Below the pieces are notes generated by a model. It worked only from the letters and a program-made list of their open reading frames with translations. It was not told where the DNA came from and did no database searches. Shown here in pieces: positions 52,749 through 64,000 of a DNA stretch of 64,000 nucleotides; within the stretch, counting starts at the first letter, position 1; each line of letters begins with the position of its first letter. A program made the position numbers and the translations under genes. Location of the stretch: contig OZ024742.1 in NCBI GenBank assembly GCA_964016885.1, positions 273,792,001 through 273,856,000 on the forward strand. Reading direction: 5' to 3'. This DNA is from Eledone cirrhosa. Lineage: Eukaryota.

Positions 52749-54926
52749 TCTATATATATAAAACTGACGATGTCTGTCTGTGTGTGAGTGAGTTTGAATC
52801 CCTAAACTACGAGAAGCACCCAACCGATTGTTTTCAAACTTTACACATGAAATACTTGTTTCAGGGAGTTTTCTGAGCAAAGAAACTTTCAAATGCTCAA
52901 TGCCCTAGGGACCGCATTAGGCGAATTAGCGATCTCTCTCTATAATTCTTATTCTTTCTCTTTTTAGATAGATACATACATATAATGTCGCGCCCTTATA
53001 ATATATGTCTGTATGTCTGGATATCTGATGTCTCCGGTTATCCTGCCACCCTTGCTCAAGACAAATCTCACACTCATTCCCCCAAAAGTTGGTAAGTGCA
53101 CACAACTTCTTACTCACGTTTTAAGCAACGGTGTTGCTTACTTACGTACCACCAGAATCTTACTTCTTTGCCAGCCGTGGTTGTGGCAATACTAAGCTTA
53201 GCTAAGACGGTTATATATTTTACACAACACTAACATGAAAGCCGGTAACTATTTATTAGTCAGTCTCTTCATACCGTGAGCAAAGGAAATATAACTTTTA
53301 GTGGAGCGAGTGAAATAAAGTCGAACCTGCTGCGATTCAAAAATCGGGTTTGCAGGTTATATATTTCACACAACACTAAAAATTAAAGCCGGTAAAGAAA
53401 AACATCGCTATAATAGCTTCAGGTTTCACAGTGTTGCTTACTTACGTGCCTTTACGAGAACGAAAGTTACTATTTACCGTTTAGTATTGTAGAAAATCTC
53501 TCTCTATATATTTTTTCGTTTTGATTTTATATTTGTATGCGAATTATGGATGTCTGTCTGTGTATGTGTGTGTGAGTTTGAATCCCTAAAACTCGAGAAT
53601 CTCCCAACCGACTGTTTCCAAACTTTACACATGAAATACACTAAAGGCACCCTGCTATTGTACAGCTCGCGGTTCACCTTCAGAATGGTCAAAGGGTCTA
53701 CTTCACCGACACTAATGCTGCCCAAATGGGGGCGGACCCACAAGAAACAAGCCTCACTGGATTTTTGAAACTGTGTCGGACCGATTCTTTTGCACAGTCT
53801 CTGCTTTAACCCCAGGTGCCGTCCTACTACACATGGAATAAGCAACAATGGGTGCGCAGAAAGGCAGCTCAACCTGTTGAAGGACATCCCGGCATAAAGT
53901 TTGACAGTTGCCTTGGAAGGTTTTACACTATGCACCCCAACCAGCACGAGTGGGGAAAGATTGGGGTCCTCTTACCTCAAGCAGCAGAAGGCGAAGGTAG
54001 AAACCTTCGCCTTCTGCTGCTTGAGGTAAGAGGACCCCAATCTTTTCACGAACTCCGAACTTTTGACGGCTGTGTGTGCAGCACTTACAGGGAAGCTTGT
54101 TTCAAGCGTGGCCTGCTGGAAGACGTTGCGCAGTGGGAAGCGACTTTGTTCGAAGCCGTTGTATCTCAATCACCTATGCGCTTACGAGCTCTATTTGCAG
54201 TAATGCTGAAAACTTGCAAACTAAGCAATCCTATGGTTTTGTGGCTCCAGTTCGAAGAAGAATTATCCGAGGACTACAAGCGCCGGGCGCAACTGCAATA
54301 CCCTCATATGGAACGAACCAGCGGTGAGGTCTTCAATTGTGCTTTGATTGACATTGAGGACAGAGTTGCATCACTCGATGGAAATTATTTGCCGTCATAG
54401 GGTCTGCCCCAAGCGCTCCGTAACAAGTCAAACGTACTTCCTACAGCTCTTCTTTGGGAAACATCCTACGACGTCAATGACCTTGTCAAGTGCGTCCGTG
54501 AAACTAAATCACAACTTCTTCCGGATCAAATTAGTGTTTACACCATTGTTTCTGACCATGTGCGCCAACGAAAAGGAGGTATGTTCTTTCTGGATGCTCC
54601 TGGATGGACGGGCAAAATATTGGTGTTACGCCTCTGCTTTCGGGCGACTTCAGGCAGACCCTCCCTGTAATTCCCAAAGGTACACGAGCTGACGAGGTCC
54701 AAGCATGTCTGAAGTCATCTCCACTATGGCGCCATGTCAGGAAACTCACTCTTACAACCAACATGAGGCAAAGAACTCAATCAAAGTCACTATTATGGGC
54801 TACAAGTGAACGTTCACATGGCCATTTTTAGGGCCACTACTTGAAATTGTTGATGGTTACCCCTCCTTACTGGGGTGTCAGTGAACGGCGTAGAGCACGC
54901 CAATTGTAGCCGGACGGGACAATTAG
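52749..54926 (+). mobile_element. Internally deleted Helitron (Rep/PIF1-helicase remnants)
   Basis: 5' TCTATATATATAAAA; LRLLLLEVRGPQSFHELRT..TYREAC, FFLDAPG, LSGDFRQTLPVIPKG; 3' short GC-rich stem then TTAGT. 52770-52855 is duplicated at 53549-53640. Confidence 0.85.
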
Positions 54927-54942
54927 TATATGTATATATATA

Positions 54943-57201
54943 TAAGTGGTTATACAACAGTTAGTTCACCGTGCGAGAACAATTGTTTCACCTTAGCGGA
55001 TCCTCAGATCGTAATGGGCATGGTTATAGGAACAGTACGGACAGCCGTACGAACGCGCATGCGCAGAAACCCGGTCAGTTCACACAGGCAATACTAGAAT
55101 GCGTGCGAGAGGTGTAAGGGAGATAACTGCGAAAGTCCGAAAAGTTTTTAGTTGAAAATAAAAATTACAAGGAATCAGTCCGGAGCCTTGTAGTTATGCA
55201 ATAGGTGTTTGGTGACGTGTGGACAACGTGTGAAAAATTCATTTCTCGTGTTTAGGCAATCACTGTTGCGTAATCTCTTTAGAATAGTTATTCCTTCGTA
55301 AATACATAAGCCATACGTCGGATTTCCCCTTGCTTATGGCTTGGACTTAGTGTTGGCTTTCCATTGAATGGAGTAGTCTATACTTGAGTCCTTGAGGGAC
55401 CATACTAGGCTCGCCAGTTTCGTGATGAACATCTGTCCGGGTACATGAAGGTAGATTGGTGGTTCAGGAAATGTTCCTTAAATCGGCCCTCCGCCATGCC
55501 CACATAGGATTTGAACTCCTGTGGTTCATTTGGTCAGTTGGAAGTGACCACAGCTTCATAAATTACAGCTGGTGTGTTGCATTGCTGTTGAAGGGGGCTT
55601 ACGGCAAGAGCACCCTGGTGGCGAGTCGCCCGTAGGGCTGCTGGTGATTTGGGCCTTCATATTCTTAGCGCAGGAGTATTCTAGTTTAACTTTATGTCGG
55701 TTAAAGATGCATCGGTATTTATGACCTATGGGAAAGTGTCTATCTAAGAGGGTAGACATTTTTTTCCTACATTGGTTTTAACGTTGGGTGAGAAGGGAGG
55801 AGAGAACCAGATAGTTTGTCTATTGTTGCGCTTACTTTTCTTAATGGTGTTGTTGCTAATGGGAGAGTAAGTGATAGGTTGTGAGAAGCCGCTGTTAGCC
55901 AACGCCGTGTAGGGTGCCGCCCTGTCAAAGATAGCCTTATTAGAGGAGAGGTTTGAGATTATAGTACTGATATCTTAACGAAGTTTATAAAAACAGGGGG
56001 AGGGTGGCAGGAGTCCTTGTGAATGTAATTGAGTTTCTCATTTAGCTTACGGAAGGGTCTGTGGGTGTGTTTGCGAAGTTCTAAATTAATGTCTAAGAAA
56101 TCTACGCTAGAGAGGTTGGTGGCTACTGTTATCACAAGTCCTAACTCATTGAAGGTAGAAGCTAAGTCTTTTTTAAACCGGTCGAGGTCGTGACCACTTT
56201 TATGGCTGGCTCGATAAAGTCAGTCCATCGTCGCGGTATATTCCCGTGTGGAAGTCCGGGAATCTAACACGTAATATGTCTAAGATAAATAGGCCAACAA
56301 AGTCACATACATCAGCACTGTCAAACGATGCCATGGAGTCGTCGAATAGGTCTCAAGTTGTAGACTTCTTTTCCCGGGCTACCCCGTCGTTGAAGATGAG
56401 GTTTTCCGGCAGTGAGCGATGATTTCCCTGTCTAAACCATCGACGGTGGTATAAGTGGTAGCGAAGTCCAACGTTTTGTTTAACAGGTTCTCTGAGATCG
56501 ACGGGTAAAATCGACAACGTCAAACTGTGTTAACTTCGCTTTTTTGTATTTTAAGGAGTCAAACCACTTAATTACGGAGTCGGTGTTCTCCCACTGGGGC
56601 AGGTTGGACTTGGTCCTAATGGTCTTAACTATGTTTCTAAGTTTGGCCTTACTGACTAGTCCCATATCTGTGCGTGCCGGGTTTATTAGTCTACATGTGG
56701 TGTTAGAAGTAAAATCTACCTTGTGATCTTTCAGGGTGAGGAACGCCTACCGCTTAGCTAGTGATTGTAGCTTCTTATCCACCTTAAGGTCGGCGGCAAG
56801 TTCCTTGGCTTCTGTATTAATGTCGTGATAGGGCATAGGGTTAGCTTTCTTATATTTAGAAGTAATTGCGTTATGGGCCAGGTGGAGGAAAATGGTGTTG
56901 TCGACTTGGTAATGATTATTAGATTTGTCGGAAAGAACGAAGGTGTTATTAGAAGACCTAAATTTCTTAATATCATTTCTGAGTTTCGTTTGAAAGGTGT
57001 TAGTGTTTTTTGCGCATGCGCGTTCGTACGGTTGTCCTTCCTGTTCCTATAACCATGCCCATTACGAGCTGAGGATCCGCTAAGGTGAAACAATTGTTCT
57101 CGGTATGGTGAACATATCTCTTGTGTAACCACTTCTACCTAACTCGTCTCATAGACTGAGTGCTCTACCACCACGGATATTACCTTCCAGTGTTCCACCA
57201 C
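54943..57201 (-). mobile_element. PLE family D: pLTR, decayed RT/GIY-YIG and inverted pLTR; hammerheads at 54974-55011 (-) and 57065-57102 (+)
   Basis: QFDVVDF, GIYRDDG, DFLDINL, LLDRHFP..IFNRHKVKL.YSC; inverted terminal copy 57005-57133. Confidence 0.9.
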
Positions 57202-57229
57202 TATATATATATAACTGTTGGTAAATCAA

Positions 57230-57830
57230 TAATAAACATTGATTGGCGGCTAAATTAACATATATATTAACACATATATATTTAGTCTATAAAGTTATAT
57301 CATCACACACCTGTAACATCATCAGTGGTACTATTGTGTTTCCATGGCCTCCAAATACCTTATACATAAAATCTCAGCGATGTCCAATAGTGCTAATTTT
57401 AATATTCTTATCGCCGACTTGGTAAGATTGATGAAGAATGTGTCCTGAATGTTCGCTACAACTGAACGGGAAAGACACGTACAACACTTCATCAATCGTC
57501 TGCAGTTCTCTGGCTACAACCAAAGAGACAGAATCAGGTTGTACAAAGAGGCAGGGAGAAACAGAAAACCCTCATATAGATCGATATGAAAGTGATTTGC
57601 AGTTTGTACAGGGGAAAATCGTAGAATAGCATAAATAGGACTAAACATAAGATAGAGAACGCCACTTCATGACCTGACAACCAGCGATACCAGAGTGTCA
57701 TGATCGTGTATGCAACTTCTGGGGATGAATTAGCTAAACAATTTAGAAAGACACATTTAAAGATTAAAGCGGTAGAAAAGCCAGGAACTACCATAACCTC
57801 TGAATCAGTTGGGTCCAGAACCCAAAGACA
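57230..57830 (+). pseudogene. Possible highly decayed PLE RT C-terminal remnant
   Basis: Weak RLQFSGY-type and IKAVEKPG-type motifs only. Confidence 0.3.
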
Positions 57831-57862
57831 GTTACTTACCTGTTTATGTTGTAGTTGTCATT

Positions 57863-57925
<63 letters not shown>

Positions 57926-57979
57926 CTTACCCCCCCCCCACAAAAAAAACACACACTCACACATTTGTATATATATATG

Positions 57980-58012
<33 letters not shown>

Positions 58013-58397
58013 CTTAGAGTTCTTTCATATTTACAGGGAATAATTTTGCTGAAAACATGTTAATTGCGCCTTGAATATCATGTACACAGACGGAAGTACG
58101 AGGAGATATAAATATATATAAATGTTGCACAATTTAGTGATTTGTAATGCTATGCCAAATATATGCAAACATGTATTTCAACACTTGTTGATTGTATTCA
58201 GGTGTCATAATATTGTGTTTGCAGGAGACATTTCTACCGTTTACATGATCCTAAATGGAAAGGATATGAACCATAAACTTAAACTAAAAATGTAGAAATA
58301 ATTTTACATCGATGTTGTTTTTATTTTCGGACTTAGGAGAATTATTAGATATCAAATTGATGAGGTGAGCTTATTTATATATAGTTTGATATATCAG

Positions 58398-58620
58398 TAA
58401 TATAATGAGTTAATAATTGTTTCTACGTTTGGCACAAGGCCAGCAATTACCCAGTGCATTACTGGTACTTTATTTTATCGACTCCGTAAGGATGAAAGGC
58501 AAAGTTAACCTCGGCGGGATTTGAACTCAGACCGTAAAGGGCCGTAACTCTATGCTGCAAAGGATGGTATCAGACTCTCCACCGATACTGCCAATCTGCT
58601 TAATATAATGAGTTAATAAT
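58398..58620 (-). mobile_element. SINE with Meta-like domain and 20-bp target-site duplication
   Basis: TAATATAATGAGTTAATAAT at 58398-58417 and 58601-58620; reverse complement has B box GAGTTCAAATC and GCCTTTCATCCTTACGGAGTCGATAAAAT. Confidence 0.8.
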
Positions 58621-58859
58621 GAGATCTTATTGAAAGTTTTATTACATTGTTGTTTCTTGGGCTCATCGCAGTGCTGGTTTTGATAGCGATTAGTGACCAT
58701 TCTGCTTTTAAAGTTTCGCTCGTTGTTATAAAGTTACAAAATAATTGTCTTCTCTCTTGATTTTCGCAATATGAAAGGGTTCCAAAAATCTGAAACGTCT
58801 AAGTCTCATTAAAATAAAATTGTTTAATTGATTTTGCCTTTCATCTTTTAGAGAGCATC

Positions 58860-59940
58860 AAAAAATGGAAACATAAAAGGCCATTTGGCAGCTTGAGAAA
58901 AAGCCCAGACGTAGTTACCTTAGACCCAACTCACTTCTAAAGAAGATCATAGATTGATTTCTTTACTATGACGTCGAACTCGGAGAATTCGTTACAACTT
59001 CAGTTACAGTAATGAAAATTAACCAGAAGATCCAGGAATTGTGGGGAATAGCGAATGACCCCAACCAAATCAGAAGAAAATCACCCACACTTCAATCGAG
59101 AAATTGTATAAGGAGTATCACAGAAAATAAGAGTGTCAAGAATAACTGAGAAAACAATAGAAATTGTGATTTCAAGGAAAGGTTAGACGTTCTCCCACAA
59201 AAAATGTCCCATCTGAAGAAACGATTTCCTTGAGACACAGTAAGTAAATAGGATATCTTCATTCCCTACTGATGTTGATGCAGAACATGTAAGTGCCTTT
59301 CAGGAAAAAAGAAAAGATGATTCATGATACGAACATAAGAAAGTGAAAGCAGGATGAAGTCAGGACGATGTTCGGGAAGGTATCACTTGAAAGTTTCGCA
59401 TACCTCTCAGCTCTTAATGATAATGATGATGAAATCTTCAAGTAAACCTCCCCACCACTATTGTTGTTACCTGGGAACAGAAGAAACTATCGTTGACAAG
59501 CAAATGCGAAGAGCCTTGGTCAAGGTTCTAACTCGATATAGACTTGAAGGGGAAATCGAGTGTTGATGTCTGAACACACGATTTCCCCTTCAAGTCTATA
59601 TCGAGTTAGAACCTTTCGCCATGTCAAGTTGGCTCAGGAAATCGAGTTATCCGCTTCCCCACTTGAAGATAGCTTCTGGGTAGTCGTCCACTGGGATGGA
59701 ATATTATTACCACCGGCTTCCCAATCTAGCAAACTCGAAGTTTGGATTGCAGTTTTAAAAGGAAATGAGTCCTTATTGATGGAAATTCAATGACTGAAAA
59801 TTGAGGATAGTATAATGGATATATCCTTCAACGTCACTGTCATTAACACCGGCATGCAGCAAGAATCTAATACAAAAATTGAAGCAACTATGAAAAAATT
59901 CACTTTTATGACTGTCTTCCCGCTATTACAATTTTGCGTT
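58860..59940 (+). pseudogene. Decayed DDE-type DNA transposase remnant
   Basis: VVHWDGILLP and SFNVTVINTG resemble VHWDGK and FDTT..NTG motifs; superfamily not assignable. Confidence 0.45.
59522..59615. repeat. Hairpin with perfect 37-bp stem and 20-nt loop
   Basis: AAGGTTCTAACTCGATATAGACTTGAAGGGGAAATCG and its exact reverse complement. Confidence 0.95.
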
Positions 59941-60016
59941 CACCAGTTTCTGAGTTTTAGGCAGACATATAAAACTCAACACTTGCATTTATGTAAATAT
60001 ATATATATGTAGCTAT

Positions 60017-60445
60017 ATATTGTTATACTTTGGGAGAGTCATGTTGCCAATAAAAGCACACGCACCTGTTGGTTTTCACTTCAATTTATTAAACATTTCC
60101 GGTTGGTTGTTTGGTTCGATAAACAGTAGGTTGTTTATATATTATCAAAGCTCTTTCTTCACACATACTGTGACCTCCTCAGTGACTAGATTATTATATC
60201 GTGTCTCTCCTTTGTTTTGTCCTACACCAACTTGTTTTCGGTGTAGGAGAGAACAAAGGAGAGACACACAAAATAAAAACCTAGTCACTGAGGGGGACAC
60301 AGTAGGTGTGACAAAAGAGCTTAGACAATATATATATAAACAAACTCCCCGTTATCAAACCAACCTTGTATAATAAATTGAAGGGAAAAACAACAGGTGC
60401 GTGTATTTTTATCGGCAACATAACCCTCCAAAAGTATAACAATAT
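60017..60445. repeat. ~430-bp imperfect palindrome of two inverted hammerhead-bearing halves
   Basis: Centre ~60233; left arm reverse complement GTCA CTGAGGA GGTCACAGTATGTGTGAA GAAA GAGC TT TGAT. Confidence 0.85.
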
Positions 60446-60498
60446 CTGTTTCAACACATGTTTTCAGATAAGAATTCTCGCAAAACAAATTGAAAACG

Positions 60499-62407
<1,909 letters not shown>

Positions 62408-62408
<1 letters not shown>

Positions 62409-64000
62409 TGTACAGACGAAAAATGTCGGAAGATGGCGGGTTTACAGTGCACATTGGGACATACGAAGTAGACAATAGGTGGATAGTGCCGTACTGCCCT
62501 ATTCTGTCCAAGGCGTTCAACACTCACGTCAAAGTAGAGTTTTGTAACTCCGTGAAGTCCATCAAATATATCTGCAAGTACATGAATAAGGTCTCAGACG
62601 CTGCTATGTTTGGCCTGCAGCAAAACGGCAATCGGGACGAAGTTACACAGTACCAAGTGGGTAGGTACATAAGAAGAAACGAGGTCTTCTGGAGCATGTT
62701 CGGTTTTCCCTTGTATCAAAGGCACCCACCCATCCAACAACTTGCTGTTCACCGTGAAAACGGTCAACGCTTATACTACACTGCTTCCACTGCTGCTCGA
62801 TTGGTTGAGGAGCCGAAGACACTACCCTCACTGCCTTCTTTAACTTTAGTCAAGTCGATCCATTCGCCCAAACCTTGCTGTATCCACAGGTGTCGTCCTA
62901 CTACATCTGGGAAAAAAAACAAATGGCAATGGATGCAGAAGGGTCAAAACATTGATGGATACTCTGCCATTAAATTTGACAGTTGCCTCGGGATAGTTTA
63001 CACAGTTCATCCAATCCAACAGGAGTGTTTCTACCTTGGTCTGCTACTTCATAAGGTTAGGGGACCAACGTCTTACCAACATTTGAAAACAGTCAACGGT
63101 CGGCTTTGCCCTACTTTCAGAGAGGCCTGATTAAGACATGGACTGTTAGAAGACTCGCGGACGCTGCCATTTTACAGTCGCCGAAAAGTCTCAGGGTTCT
63201 CTTTACAGTGCTTCTGCACATTTGCGAAGTCTCAGATCCAGTCTTTCTATGGTTGATGTATAGAGATGCCCTGGCGGAAGACTTTTACCACCAAGCACAA
63301 TTGCGGTATCCTAGCCTTGATGCTGCCAGTGACGACGTCTACAACTGTGCTTTGATTGACGTGGAAAACAGGACTGTTTCACTGGGTGGGAATACTTTGC
63401 CAGTATACTTTGCCGCAACCAGTACGGACAGGGACGTATAACCTTCCGACATATCTTATTCACCATACAGCCTGTGATATTGACGCTCTTGGCCAATACG
63501 TCGGCGAAACAGAGCCAAAACTCCTTCGAGGACAGCAGCGGGCCTACAACACTATTTTCGACCATGTGTGAAACCGGAAAGGGGGAATCTTCTTCCTAGA
63601 TGCACCCGGAGGGACAGGAAAAACGTTTGTAACTAAGCTTCTTCTAGCCAAAGTGAGGCAGCACAAGGACATTGTGTTAGCCGTGGCATCCTCTGGTATT
63701 GCTGCAACTTTGTTACCCGGCGGTAGGACAGCGCACTCAGCCTTTAAGCTCCCCCTGAACTTGGCAACAGCGGAAACACCGTCCTGCAACATTAGCAAAA
63801 CTTCGGACAAGGGACTGGTTTTCCGAAGGTGTCAGCTCATTGTGTGGGATGAATGTGCCATGGCCCTTAAACGAGCTCTGGAAGAGCTAGACACAACTTT
63901 GCAAGACATCAGAGACTGCCAGACTGCGATGGGAGCTGTCACTCTTCTCATATCCAGCGACTTCCGAGAGACCCTTCCCGTTATTCCCAAGAGAAGCAGG
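62408..64000 (+). mobile_element. Helitron RepHel pseudogene (runs off the window)
   Basis: VDNRWIVPY, SVKSIKYICKY, FFLDAPGGTGKTF, VASSGIAATLLPGGRTAHSAFKLP, IVWDE; frameshifted. Confidence 0.92.

Noticed and set aside
58210-58295. Possible terminal exon after TTTGCAG
   Set aside because: Short, no recognisable homology; cannot be supported.

Overview
Repeat-dense, AT-rich eukaryotic DNA with no convincing host gene. The SINE families and (TA)n load suggest an octopus or other cephalopod (inference). Bases 1-15.6 kb hold alternating R4/Dong-like (minus) and Tx1-like (plus) non-LTR retrotransposons separated by (TAT)n tracts, and one Tx1 has an intact 1139-aa EN-RT ORF2. The rest is a nest of Penelope-like elements (PLEs, GIY-YIG) with inverted pseudo-LTRs, a CR1-like fragment, an RT-less CRE-like element, two Helitrons, two SINEs and several foldbacks. 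The main signal is RNA structure: the 6.2-kb array of 310-bp units at 23.1-29.3 kb carries a minimal type I hammerhead ribozyme in every full unit (19 complete copies), arranged as two divergent arms. It reads as a palindromic non-LTR retrozyme locus. About a dozen more hammerheads occur in PLE termini, one with a U3-A8 covariant core. Broken PLE halves also record a ~9.6-kb inversion (37.9-47.5 kb). All calls are by eye; no searches or folding programs were run.
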